Positions 22,722 through 36,455 of a DNA stretch of 64,000 nucleotides are shown one piece after another. Location: the NCBI GenBank assembly GCA_903813345.2, contig CAIIXF020000001.1, positions 11,160,001 through 11,224,000 on the forward strand, written 5' to 3'. Origin of the DNA: Owenia fusiformis. Taxonomy: Eukaryota. Numbering within the stretch: position 1 is the first letter of the stretch; every line of letters begins with the position of its first letter. A program made the position numbers and the translations under genes. The notes under the pieces were generated by a model. It was not told the DNA's origin, ran no database searches, and saw nothing but the letters and a program-made list of their open reading frames with translations.

Positions 22722-25700
22722 AGGTCCATGTGCAGTATGGCAAGTGATTTTAGACAGTCATATCTTTCACCATGAGTACTTTCTGGTCATAAAACAATAT
22801 TTTTTATTAAAACAATATGTTTTCTTTCAAGTGAAGTCCCCATGATAGTAAAATATCAATCCAACTCTCTGAAAAATTATGGATTAGGGCCCGGGCCCCA
22901 CTCTGACACTTTTTAAAAAAATGTTAGGCTTATTTTCTAAAAAGAGGATCTTGTTTTTCTCAATTTAAACATATCAAAAGATTCTTCTACACTATTAGAC
23001 AGGTTCCAATTTCAGAATATCTCAAGGGAAAGGGTTTTTGAGGCATTTTTTAGAAAAAGCAACAGACCTATTTTTCTGAATCAGTTTTTCATGCTGATAA
23101 AGATATTAAAAGATGACAGCTCAACGGTATGGCGATGACACTGATTTTTAGCGTTTTTTCCACCCTAGGAAATTATTCTTGGGGTACTATAATATTGGTT
23201 CATAACTCAAAGGATATATGAACTATTGTTCTGAGTTCTACAGCATACATTGTTAGTACAGAGATGAGTTATAGGTTGATATCTTTGTTGGTTTCGGAAA
23301 AATACAATTAATTAGAAAAAGATATGCAAATTTTGTCATTTCTTTCTTGCTAATTTTATATTTGTAGCTTCAAGCAAAATATGATAACTTTAACAGCTCA
23401 AAGTAGTATTCTAACAACATTCCCAAGCTATGTGTGATATTGTAATACATCTATTATAGTGATGAAGAACTATTTTGTAATTTTTAATATGACTTTATAG
23501 TGCCCTACCCCTGGTAAATAGAAGAAAGTTGACCGTTTTCTTCTGGTTTTAACATTTTATTGACTTCTTAATTGAAGATACAATCAATTTTGTCAGTTTA
23601 TTATGAGTAGCTTTACAATGGTTAACTATTCCCATGAATAGAGGGTTGGGACCTCAAAAATACCAGAACTGTTAAGTGGCATCTTGGGCAACCCTCTTCA
23701 GAGTATTTTCCTTACATTCCAATAAAATCTGCAGGGGATGCTTTAAGAAACCTATATATTTTAGATACTAATGAAGATACTGACTTCAGGATTTGGTCCT
23801 GGTATGATAGGTAATCTGCATGACAAAAATGACAAAAAGAAAAAACTCTGTTGCCATAGTAACAAGAATACCACACTATTTGTTTCCTAAGAAATGTGTT
23901 TTAAGAAATGTGTTTTAAGAGGTTTTGTCATTCTCTTCATATTTTTAATTCTAAATATGTCTACAATGTGGATTGATTAAAATTATGGTAAAATAATCTT
24001 TTTTTTATTGTTCATGCAATGTCTCTAAAACAGAAGTTGCTATGGCGACACATAGATCATAGAAAAAATCCTGGGATGATCGCTCTATTTTTTTTACAAA
24101 TACTTTCAGGTGTCCTGCACTTAAAAAAGCCATGTAACTGTAAAGAGTTGTATGAAATAATTTTGTTACAAAAAATCGGGAATTTTTTTTCAAAAATACA
24201 AAAAAGGAGCACATAGGTTATCGCAAACAATTTCAGACAGTTAAATCTTTGATTATGACTATTTTCTGACCATGAAGACAGGTATACAGGGATAATAAAG
24301 TCAGTTGGACTCGGAGATATTTCGCAAGCAATCAACCCATCAATATTTTATTTTTCAAAGTTGTTGACCTCATTTTCACCAAAAATGCAATCATTTTTTA
24401 CAATGTTTAATGTATTACTATTCTTTATTTTAATGTATCAAATAGCTCTTGAAAGGAAAACTGAATTCCCCTAAGATAGGTGTTCCCAATGCCATTTCCC
24501 CATTGAAAAAAGTCATGCTATCCATTGGTTTCAGTTCATTTTGGTCACTAAATTCAGTATCTTTAAAGTCTCTGGAGCAATCCACTTTTCCTCTTAGTAA
24601 ATAGAACATGTCTCAAAACACATTCTAATTATGCATTCAACAATACGTATAATTAAAGGTTGTATTTTTGGTAAAATGTAGGTCAACATTTTTAGTAAAA
24701 AGTATGTTGATTGGGCCATTACCTTTAATATCACTTAGGTCTGATTAACTTCATTATCAATATATTTGCTTTTCTTAAAGATAATGAATAGATCTAAAAG
24801 ATATACCCATGTTCAGGCTCCTTTTATGCAAATACTATCAAATGCTGTAGTCATGACACTTGAGTGTCTTGGTATTTAAAGGCAGAATCAGATCTATATA
24901 GAATAAACAAAATTGAAAGCAACGTGTACAGTTGACCAATGTATTTCTTACAATTTCAAATACAATATCTCCCAAAAGATCCAAAATATGTTTATTAATT
25001 GGTAATGCTGCTTAAAATTCAAAGTGTAAAAAGGGGGAAATGTTCAAATTCTCCCAAATAATAATAAATAAGTTACACTAAGTTATACAAGTGTGAGGCA
25101 CCATCTGTGGTATCTGTGTCTGGAGTAAGTGATGTTGGCACTGTTTGACAATCTTGCCACCAATAATAAGAAGCAAGTATTGGCTGCAATGCTTGTACAT
25201 GGCTCCTACAGCTATGAGCAAGAGGCAAACCTGGTCTGATTTTATGCATATTGCAGCTAGGTTGACTACCAGAAAGTCATATTTGGTTAATAAAGATTCT
25301 TAGCTACTTTTCTAACATCTGGCTATGATGCATCATGGCTCAGTAAGGACTCTGCTATATGGTCAGATGATGAGAACTAACAGTTTTACGGAACTTTTGC
25401 CATGTTTTGCACATTGTAAATGACCCTTCTGAATGGGTTGTAAAGGTATATACCAGGAGGTATATATGGCTCAAATGACTCATGACCTAGTACGTGGGAC
25501 AGGCTTTAGTAAATTACTTGTGCATGATGACCACCATAGTCTAGTTGCTCAAATGAGATCAATTGATGATTATATTGTTTAGACTTCATGTCAATGTCCA
25601 GACTGTTTGCCAACCTCTCTAGTATGTGATTACAATAGATTTCATTATGATACATGTACTAAATTGAAAACTTATGTATAAAATATCTTAAGTCCTATAT

Positions 25701-26722
25701 TCTAGTAATAAATGAAGTAGAATGTCACCTAACATTTGATGATGGTTTGAATTCATTGATTTGGTGTCTATCAATACATGTTTCTAACTTAATGCTGCAA
25801 AATGATAAAATTCACCACATCCACTTTCTTCAATTTATCGCACATAGCTTGGAAATGCTTTTAGAATACTACTTTGAGCTGTTAAAACTGTCATATTTTG
25901 CTTAAAGCTACAAATATAAAATTGGCAAGACAAAAATTGCGTATATTTTTCCCGTTTATTGTATTTTTTCTGAGACCAATAAGGGTATCGACCTATTACT
26001 TTAGGATAGTATTCATATTTGTACTAGCAATGTATGGTGTAGTACTCAGAACAATAGCTCATATATCCTTTGAGCTATGAACTAGTTTCATAGTACCCCC
26101 TAGAATATTTTCCTAGGGGGGTAAAAATGCCAAAAATCAGTGTCATCGCCATCCCGTTGAGCTGTCATCTTTTAATATCTTTATCAGCATGAAAAACTGA
26201 TCTAGTAAAAATAGGTCTGTTGCTTTTTCTAAAAAATGCCTCAAAAACTTGAATTATCTAAATTGGAACCTATATATGAACAATTTCCGAAAAGGGGATG
26301 CGTATTGAAATGCGTTAAAGTTAAAAAACACATATCCCATGTTATTTCCCCATAGGGAAAACTCATGCTATCCATTGTTTTCAGCATCATTTTGGTCATC
26401 GAAAATTGATATCTTCAAAACTAGACTTTCAATACAATTATATTTTGAAGAAGTTTTAGACCCCTTGTTGAATAATCTTTTCATGCAATAAAAATCAGAA
26501 AGGGAGATCCTGTTTTGAGTAAATAAGTTCAATATTTTGAAAAAATGTTGACATGGGTCCCTATTCATAGTTTTTCTAATTGTTCGATTGATATTTTTAT
26601 CATCATGGGTACTTCACTTGAAAGAAAACATATTGTTTTAATAAATACCACTGTATGCCCAGAAAGTACTCATGGTGAAAGATATGACCATTTAAAATCA
26701 CTTGCCATACTGCATGTGGTCT
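22722..26722. mobile_element. ~4-kb foldback DNA transposon, Kolobok-like ends
   Basis: 22722-22870 is inverted at 26585-26722 and 23030-23440 at 25850-26250. The ends are AGGTCCATGTGCAGTATGG / CCATACTGCATGTGGTCT. A related arm sequence lies at 63790-63975. Confidence 0.6.
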
Positions 26723-28984
26723 TTTTATACGTGAATACTTTGAAGTATATAACATTGTATATTATTAAAAAATGGCAGCCATGGCTGTTCGCCGGATGGA
26801 TTTTCTACGCCTTGGCACTGCTGTTATCTAGTAAGAATTATATTCTATGTAAATCTATTCTTAGAATAAATATTAGCACTCTTTTTAACAAAGAATGGAG
26901 GATACAAGGTTTTCTACATGATGGCGGTACCACACGCCCTTTTGTCTTGAACTTTCAAACACAAGCGAGACTGATGTACCAACAGTAAAACCTGTAAACT
27001 GCACCGCTGTGATCGGAACATCTCAATAAATGGAACACTTCTCAGAGAGTTTCATAACTAATTCACTCAATATTAGATTAGTCAAATGAAATAAGTGAAA
27101 TACATCCCAAGATGAGGGATAAGATTTTTGATCAGTTGTCTAAAATATTCCATGTTTTACTGAAATATTCATTAAAATATGATTCGAACGGCCGCCTTAA
27201 TCTTTTTGAATAATAAGTAAATAATCTAAAGATAATGAATAATGCTAAGATTGTATTCTGATCGTGGCAATATCAGGCGAAAATTTTGTTTTGTTTCATT
27301 GGGAGTGTCACTCCTGACCATTTTTCATATTATTTTACACATATTTATTGAATTTTTCAATGGTACCATTAATGATCAATGTTCCATCAACGTTTTTTTC
27401 AATTAGCGGAAGGGATGGGTTCTGATTACCATCACTCAGCATGTCGATCAATCCATTTAGCCTCAAAACTTAATATGAAAATAACTTTTTAGGATCATTA
27501 TAAAAGTGAAAAACGAGTGTCTTCGGTTACCAATTAAATATGTCGAAAAGAAACCATTTTATGATCATCATCATATAGTCCATTTGATATGTTTAATAGT
27601 TTGTGCAATAAGTGATTCCTTATAACCTCTCGACATAAATGTGACAAAACCTTATAAGACCTAGGACGAGAAACTAATTTTTAGAAACCAAGATTATATA
27701 TATTGAAGAATATGTCCCTTTTAAAGGCCCTTACTGGCCCTGATTGTGTATAAGATAATAAGGGAAAGAGCACAAAGAGGTCACCATATAAATCAATGGA
27801 GAGTAGGACCATAAATTAATAGGACCTCCTACCCTTTTACACCGGTGTGCAGACGGCATTTAAGATAATAGTCCTACAGGACACTTGATCCGAAGGTCCA
27901 TCCTCCGGCCCTTGGCTTGGTTCGGTTCTCTGACCACTCTTGTCGGAGACAGATTGGGAGACTGTGGTTGGTTCCTCCTCCGAGGGGCTACATGAGATGC
28001 CCTTTCATGTTTTACTTTAGCAGACTGCTTGTAGAAACAATATGCAAACAAGGGTAGTGCACAACTGAACAACCTTGAAATATTGTGAAATTATCAAGGC
28101 AATCAATTTCATGGAGTCCAGGTCAAGGTCAATATAACCAATATAATAAAGGACCATGGTGCAAAATAACTAACATTTAAACTAGTTAAAAGTAACCACT
28201 TGTTTCACTCTATTCCGGATTAACATTTTCAAAAAAGAAAATGCAAAATAAAGTCTAAATCGTTTTTAAAAACCTTTATCAATATTGAGTATTATCCTAT
28301 GACAAGTAGAGTTTGAAGGAGATAAGTTGGTAAAATATATCCCGTAACCTTAGGTTTCCATATCCAGAACCTCCATATCTCCCGCTCCAGGGCATATCTT
28401 CCCGCTTTGAAAAAAAGTTGAAAAGTTTGAAAAAAATTGAAAAAATGCGAATAATCCTAGACTATGTTTTAAAGAAAATATAGCCATGTTTATACTTGCC
28501 CACTTTGCTAGAAGTATGGCCAATAAGATTATCAAATTGGGAAGAATCTTCCTTATTTCCATTATTGACTCTTCGTGTATTGTTTGGATCAGCCTGCCAT
28601 CTTTCATTCCAATGCAAGTTTATGCTGGGTCTAATCGTTTTGCACATATTGCTGGGAGGAGTTATATGTCTTTACGATGGAACAAATTCACAAGAACTCG
28701 TGTATTTGAAAAAACTAAACTCAGTACCCCAGTAAAAAACTGGATATTATATCTCTGGAGAATGAAAAATGGGAAAATTAGGAGTTATGAGATTAAACTC
28801 AATTAGCATGTTTTATCATGTCTTATATACACGTTACGCCCCCCTCCATCCACTCCCCCCTCAATCCAATATTAATTTATTTCGATTTTTTGTATAACGC
28901 ATGGAAACTAACCTTAAAAAGTGAGCAATGACATTAATGTTGCGATAATAACCTCCCTTATACCTATTTATTACAGGTCGTGTA

Positions 28985-29536
28985 CACTTATCCCGTTCCC
29001 GGACTATGGTCCTGTGAACATCTCAATCTTTTGCCTGTGCGATTACAACATGGGAGAATTTTTTACTGATCTTACACTTCAGATACCTACTTCAATAGAT
29101 TCCTTGGTAATTTAGCATTCTTTTCGTGTAGTTGAATCCACAATTGTCTGGGTTTATCGGCAGAACGAAGACATTTTCGTTTTTGATCGCAATATTTGCG
29201 TGTAACATTTATCTTATTTCAACCGTCAAATTCCTCCATATTGGTACTTCCGGGCTACATCCGGGACAGCCAAACGGGGGATTCCCCTTTTAAATCCAAC
29301 CGCCATTTTGAAAAGTGATGGAATCTCTCTCGATGAAAAAGAGAAAATGTTCCCGTTCTGCCGATATACCCAGACAATCGGCGGTTCCAATATATTAGAA
29401 GTTACATCTTGAGTTCTATAATGCATTGAGGTAGGTATCTTAAGTGTAAGGGGCGTAGATAATTCTCCCAAGTTGTAATCGTACAGGCAAATGAATGCGA
29501 TCAGTGCAGGACTATAGTCCGGGAACGGGATAAGTG
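28985..29536. mobile_element. Palindromic TA-TSD MITE
   Basis: TA-CACTTATCCCGTTCCCGGACTAT .. ATAGTCCGGGAACGGGATAAGTG-TA; it interrupts the GTCGTGTA|CACCATT motif of the host repeat. Confidence 0.8.
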
Positions 29537-29618
29537 TACACCATTGTTGCCTGATTTATAGCAAAAACATTGACTTTTGCACGTTTTTGTTATTAAAAAA
29601 TATTAGAATACCTAACAT

Positions 29619-31312
29619 CACGAGGGGAAAGAGTACCCGTGTATATACAACCTACCGCCGAGCAAAGACCCGAAGATGTCTGAAAATGTAGGGGGTGAGT
29701 TATAAACTTTTGTTTATATCTTGAATTTCTCAATATGAGAAACAGATAAAACACAGAATTGTGTGTAACTGATAAAGTTATTGTTCCAGGCACTCATGTT
29801 TGCAAAATAATGAGTACTTAGCGCAATATTTACTATCCAATCGCTAAATTCAACTTTTAAATATTTGAATGATGATTTACATCTTGAATAAGTAACAACC
29901 ATGGCTGTCTTTACTTCATTCGATTCAAAGATACAATAGGTGTAAATGTATCATATTTATTTCACTGCCATACGTTGCATATCATTGAAATCACCGGCGA
30001 AAGTTGAAAATGAAAGACCCGATTATGTCACGAGTACGATTATATAGGACCCGAAGCTACCACCGAGCTATTCCGACTATACCGCGAGTAGAACCCGATG
30101 AGGTAGTGAGTAAGCTTTTGAATGAGCATATAATATCATGACGATATCACAAATATTCCTTTTTATTTATCATATACTCCTGGCACTGGGATGTAATATA
30201 ATATGATATAATTCCCGCAGCACTATACGTCAACGTCTGTTTCCGGCAAAGTTCTTTAAAACATTGAATTCATGCTTACACTTGAATCACCATAATTTCC
30301 TATGTGTCTATGGTAAGAGTGCAACCCAAAAACATTTAATTCTGCATTGCAAGCGCCATTCTACTCAAAGAACACAACTTGAAGAATCCCAAGCTTCACA
30401 AGCTTCATATCCTCGAAACGAAAATTACCGTGATCTTTCTTTGATAATACAATACCATAGTCAAAAACATTGTAAATCCATTTTTTGCCATTTAACTCAG
30501 GCACATTAACTTTAATACTCAGTAACGGACAGGGGATGGTACTGACTGAAGTGGACCACAAAGTCATCCATCTCGTGTGATTTATAACTACAGTGGAAGC
30601 ATTTGTACCGAGGACCTGAAATACAATGTTTCGATGTGCATTGGTAACTGGTGATAGCCATATTTTTTTCAGTTTCATTTATTGGTCACAACAAAATGAT
30701 TCACATGAATGATGCAGATTGTATGTTTATTATTTTTTCATCAGCACGTCATAAACTCGACGATATAATCGGATCTCAACAGATTTTACTCAAGTAATGT
30801 TCGGATTCTGAGATCCTTTACTCAAGATATTTTCGGATCTTTATAATATTACTCGTCGATCACATCGGGTCCGATGTCCGATAACCTCGGATCTTTTAGG
30901 ACAAAGTTTAAGTGAAGATTTTGCTGTTCAAAAGTGCTATTTTGACCTAATATTTTGACACTTAATATATTATGCATATGCACATCCATTTACCGACCCA
31001 AGTATGTCTTATGTATGGCTCATTATCAATTAAAGCGAGTATGAATGAGAAAAACAAATCGAAAACCATTATACGTTTACCTTATCTCTTAATGTGGACA
31101 TAAAATATATTTCAACTATAATTCTAGGCCAATTGCGCCTGCTAGAACATCTTAGTAACAACTCTAACCATCCAAAGGAATTGTTAGTGACATTATATTA
31201 CCTTTATTGTCCATTTTCCTACGAGATGACATTATCAAACATTTGCTCGGCGGTATGTGCGTGTCTTGCTCGGCGGTAGGTTGTATTTACACGGGTACTC
31301 TTTCCCCTCGTG
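29619..31312. mobile_element. 1.7-kb TIR element with CAC..GTG ends and a 6-bp TSD
   Basis: ~50-bp TIR CACGAGGGGAAA(A)GAGTACCCGTGTA; TAACAT at 29613-29618 and 31313-31318; single TAACAT in the sister repeat at ~35097. Confidence 0.75.
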
Positions 31313-31475
31313 TAACATACTGTATTTTGCCATGCAGTGCGCCTATTCATTTGGCAATTCAGTTGTAAATTTTCTCTTGAAAAAATAAATCTTCCAAATT
31401 TGTTGAATTTTCTTGCAGAAATCGCCTACTCCCCCTCCATCCATTTTGGACGATCACCGGGCGTGTCTTAGACTA

Positions 31476-31553
31476 TCTATCTTATAGTTTTTAGCGGGGC
31501 ATTAAGCTGTTACCCTCGGCACCCGCAGTGGCAGTACTGTGCAGCGGGCTATG
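31476..31553 (+). pseudogene. TIMP exon-1 remnant; its upstream region is stranded at 28458-28645
   Basis: Reads FSGALSCYPRHPQWQYCAAGY|GTAAGG with Cys1 changed to Leu and no ATG. Intron-1 homology continues to ~31790. Confidence 0.85.
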
Positions 31554-33367
31554 GTAAGGTCGAATGAGTCTGATTGTCCATAATCACATATAGTTATTTC
31601 AAACACAGTTATTTACAAATGTAGGTTGTACAATGTAACTAAAATATGTTAACTGTTTTCAATTAGAGGTCTCTACGGGATTAGTTAAGGAGTCATTTCA
31701 ATCGCTCATCAATTATTGACTTCGGGGATAAAGGTCAATGCATCAAAAATAATTTCATAAAACAATCAACGTGTAATGTCAAAATGTAATTGAATCAGTT
31801 CATTCTACATTTTTGCGATCGGAACTACCACTTACCACTAGCGGATCTAGATGGGGACGCGGAGGAGCACGCCCCCCCCCCAAAAAACTGTTTGAAATCA
31901 AAATAGATGGTTATGGATTGTCAATAACGCATTGCATACGCTGAAATCAGACCCGGGAATTCTGAAATTGGTCAGAATGCTTCTTCTACTTACCACTAGC
32001 GGATCTAGATGGGGGCGTGGGGGCGCACGCCCCCCCCCCCAAAAAAACTGTTTTAAAAGTCAGAATGATCGTGGAAATGGGACGGAGGCAATTTCAGGCA
32101 ATTTCTGCTAGAAAATTCAACAAATCTGGAAGATTTGTTTTTTCAAGAAAAGGTTTACCATTGAATTGCTGAATGTATGCACACGGTATTGTAAAATATG
32201 TTAGGTCTTCTGAGATTTTTTCTGAACCGATACTCTTCTAAAATGTGAGATCTATTAAAAAAGGCGCAAGGCCACCAACGTGCACAAGTCAACATTTTTG
32301 CTATTAATCAAGCAGCAATAGTCTACACGACCTGTAATAAATACTTGTAAGTGACGTTATCATTTCTAAATTAATGCCATTGCTGACTTTATAAAATAAG
32401 TTTCCATACGTTGAATAAAAAATAATCGAAAACAATTAAAATGGGACGGAGGGGGGACGGAGGGGGATCAATATATCTATATAGTGAAACAACTTTACAC
32501 GAATGCTTGTATTAGAAAAATGAACTCATTAACTTCGTAAAAAACTGGATGTTACACCTCTAAAGAATGAAAAAATGGGGAGAGTAAGTCAAGTAACCTC
32601 TCGTATCATGTCGTATATACATATTGCTCCCCCTCCGCCCCCCCCTCCGTCCCAAATCAATTATTTTCGATTATTTTTTATATATCGTTTGGAAACTTAT
32701 TTTAAAAAGTCATCAATTGCATTAATGACATCCGCCATTGTTGTTTTTGCAGAAGATCAATGCAGGCAGAGATATCCCGTGAACTTCTTGTACATTTTAA
32801 CCTATGCGCCTGCGCAGATCGCTAGTCTTTATGGGTAGACTGTGGCTAGTTGTCACTATGATGCACAACCACGCCATCTCTCAATAGCAGTAAACGCTTC
32901 TATATTGATTAGTTCACAAAATGCACTTGGAAGGTGCGTGTAAATTCAGGATATATTTAAGTCATGTTGACCAATCAGATTGCAGGGAATTTTACCACCA
33001 TGGAATAAAATAAATTATTCAATGATTCGAGTGAAATACAGAAAATATTCTTCCCGAGAAGGTCGTATTTCACGATGCGCTAGCAGAGTTATATGATGTA
33101 CATACGTTCAAGGGAAGAATATAATTCTATGTTTCACGCGAAATCATTGAATTACGTTTTTTATTCCATGATTACTGAGATAAATCTCCCCTAAATCAAG
33201 TCCATTTCCTTGACTTGGGACCGGAGAAACAGAATTCCTTCAAAATCGTTTCGGCCTTGTTGTTTGCTTTTATTGTATTGTACGGTACGTTTGATTTTCT
33301 TTCTTTTTTCTTCAATTTCATCAGCTGGAAGTGCAGTAGCGAAACGTTTTTCGACTTTCGATTGCCA

Positions 33368-34158
33368 TATCGTCCCCTTATTTCCACATTGTCATAATTG
33401 CATTTTTGCTGATATTGAGAAATCAGAGGTTGAAGATTCGGGGCTTCATAACTTCTGAGTAGTAATTTTTAGAAACTTCTTTTTTCGTTTGGGTAATCAT
33501 GTGTATATGTAAGCTTTGCAGAGCAAAAATCACTGATAAACAATTAATAAAACACATCTTTTTTTATGGTTTCTTGTTTTTGAAGTAACAAAATAACCCT
33601 GAAAACTGAATTTTTATTCACTTCCATTTTGTTATTGTCCGTATACCATTAGTCTGCCCATCTAATTATACAGAATATTACTCATGTTCCATTTTGACTG
33701 GTAAAGGTATAACAGGTCAGTAATTGATTAAGTTCACTGAATGAACTTTTATTTTATTTACAAATAATGTGCAAATCTGCTTTCTTTTGTTTGTACTACA
33801 TGTATAGTGTCATGATTTATGATCTCCTTTGTTAATTACCAACAAAGTATACTAGTAAATGATTGTCCCTTTATTTCCACATTGTTATAACTATTAGTCA
33901 TATGATCATAACTATAAGTCACATGATCAAAATTATGTAATCTGATTGGCTCAGCTGCGGATATGACAAGGTGGGCCTAAAGTGTTTTCCTCATTTTGCC
34001 CTTATAACAATGTGGCACTGGATATATCCAGAAGGAGATGAGATCCATTGAAATGGACCTCAGAAATAAATTCATCGTGAAAAATTGAGAAAGATAGTAT
34101 ACTTATCTCAAAACTTGCAAAAGGTGAGTTATAACAATGTGGAAATAATGGGACGATA
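33368..34158. mobile_element. Non-autonomous TIR element
   Basis: ATCGTCCCCTTATTTCCACATTGTCATAA is inverted at 34130-34158; an internal copy lies at ~33865. Confidence 0.55.
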
Positions 34159-36455
34159 TTGGATTTTTACTAGTTCATGAAAACAATGTGCATGCTTGAA
34201 ACACATACAGATACGGTAGGAAGCATCAATAAATTCGCAAATAAATTAATGCATTTTAACACATTTTTATTTTTTTTCAAATTCATTTGGTACGCCTGTG
34301 CGTATTTTGCGTAATAGGCGCTACGCCCATGGCTTCATTGGCCAAATGAATAGGCGCAGTGCATGGCAAAATATGTTAGGTCATCTAGTATTTTTTTTTA
34401 ACTGATACCCTTCTAAGATATGAGATCTATTAAAAAAGGCGCATCATCACCAACGTGCAAAAGTCAATGTTTTTGCTATAAATCGGGCAACAATGGTCTA
34501 CATGACCTGTAATAAATAGGTATAAGGGACGTTATTATCACAATACTAATGACATTGCTCACTTTTTAAAAATTAGTTTCGATGCGTTATATAAAAAATA
34601 ATCGAAATAAATTAATTTGGGATGGAGGGGGGGGGATCGGATGGAGGGGGGATCACGTGTATATAAGACATGATAAGACGTGCTACTTGAATTTATTCTT
34701 ATGACTCCAAATTTTCCCATTTTTCATTCTCCAGAGATATAATATCCAGTTTCTTACTGAAGTACTGAGTTTAGTTTTTTCAAATACCTGAGTTCTTGTA
34801 AAGTTTCATCGTGAAGATATAAAAATCCCCCCCTCCATCCGATCCCCCCCCTCCATCCCAAATTAATTTCTTTCGATTTTTTTTGTATAACGCATGGAAA
34901 CTAACTTTTAAAAAAGAGTAATGTCATTAGTATTGTGATAATAACGACCCTTATACCTATTTATTACAGGTCTCGTAGACCATTATTGCCCAATTTATAG
35001 CAAAAACATTGACTTTTGCACTTTGGTGATGATGCGCCTTTTTAATAGATCTCATATCTTAGAAGGGTATCAGTTCAAAAAAAATACTAGATGACCTAAC
35101 ATATTTTGCCATGCACTGCGCCTATTCATTTGGCAATTCAGTTTTCAATTTTTTCTTTGAAAAAATAAATCTTCCAAATTTGATGAGTTTTCTTGCAGAA
35201 ATTGCCTGATCCTCCCTCCATCATTTTTGTACGATCACCGGGCGTGCTTCTAAAATATGAGATCTATTAAAAAAGGCGCATCATCACTAACGTGCAAAAG
35301 TCAATGTTTTTGCTATAAATCGGGCAACAATGGACCTGTAAAAATGGGTTTAAGGGACGTTATTATCACAATACTAATGACATTGCTCACAAAAAATAAT
35401 TGAAATAAATTAATATTGGATGGAGGGGGGGGGGAGGGTTGGATGGAGGGGGGATTTATATGTCTTTACGATGGAACAAATTCACAAGAACTCGTCTATT
35501 TGAAAAAACTAAACTCAGTACCCCAGTAAGAAACTGGATATAATATCTCTGGAGAATGAAAAATGGGTAAATTTGGAGTCATTAGAGTAAATTCAAGTAG
35601 CATGTCGTATGTCTTATATACACGTTACCCCCCCCCCCCCCCTCCATCCAAACCCCCTCCATCCTATATTATTTTATTTCGATTATTTTTTGTATAACGC
35701 ATGGAAACTAACTTTTAAAAGTGAGCAATGCCATTAGTATTGTGATAATAACGTCCCTTATTTATTACAGGTCGTGTAGACCATTTGTTGTCCGATTTAT
35801 ACATTATACATTGACTATTGCACGTTGGTGTTGATGCGCCTTTTTTAATAGATCTCATATCTATGGAGGGTATCAGTTCAAAAAAAATACCAGATGACTT
35901 AACATATTTTGTCTATTCTGTATTTTTGTCTAACATCATTTACGTCTGTGTCCTCCTATATTTTGCTGGTTACAAACATACTTAATAAAACAAATTGGAA
36001 ATTATTGTAGAACATGATACATTATTTGTTATGTTGTCACATTTTGTATTAGCAAACTTTAAATCATTAAAGTTGTTTTTAAGAATTAATAAGCAATATT
36101 TCCATTGTACATTGTGCAGGGGCGGATCTGGGAACCAACAAGGGGGGGGGGGGAATTTCAGGTCAGAGAAAAAAACAATGGTCCCTAAATTTTTGACCCC
36201 TAAAACCCAAAAGTGGCGATACCAACAAAATGTTTTGAACACAAAAAAACGTTAATTGTGTCATTCCAACTAGAATGCTAACTTGGCACAGTGCTAATTT
36301 TACCACCTTTCACATGGGCGTAGCCAGGGGGTGGGTGCGATGGGTGCGATCGCTTTGTAAAATTCAAAAAAAAATGTTTTGCCTTGCTTATGCAACAATC
36401 GCACCCCCTTGACTAAAAACCGAAAAAAATTATGGCGATCGCATCCCCCCGACTG

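Larger units (their letters stand above)
28650..35915. repeat. Cluster of direct and inverted fragments of one repeat family (CCCCCTCCATCC / TTACAGGTCGTGTAGAC modules)
   Basis: 28660-28980 recurs directly at 35457-35780 and inverted at 34500-34820; further fragments at 31320-31470, 32080-32470 and 34830-35450. Confidence 0.7.

Noticed and set aside
25100-25450. Possible SWIM-finger relic inside the 22722-26722 element
   Set aside because: Only fragmentary Cys/His similarity with stops; too weak without a search.
27860-28072. GC-richer 70-aa minus-strand ORF
   Set aside because: No recognisable motif and no convincing splice context.
28486-28806. Similar ORFs at 28486 and 50782
   Set aside because: Duplicated non-coding TIMP upstream DNA running into a repeat or a dead exon; the frames are not conserved.
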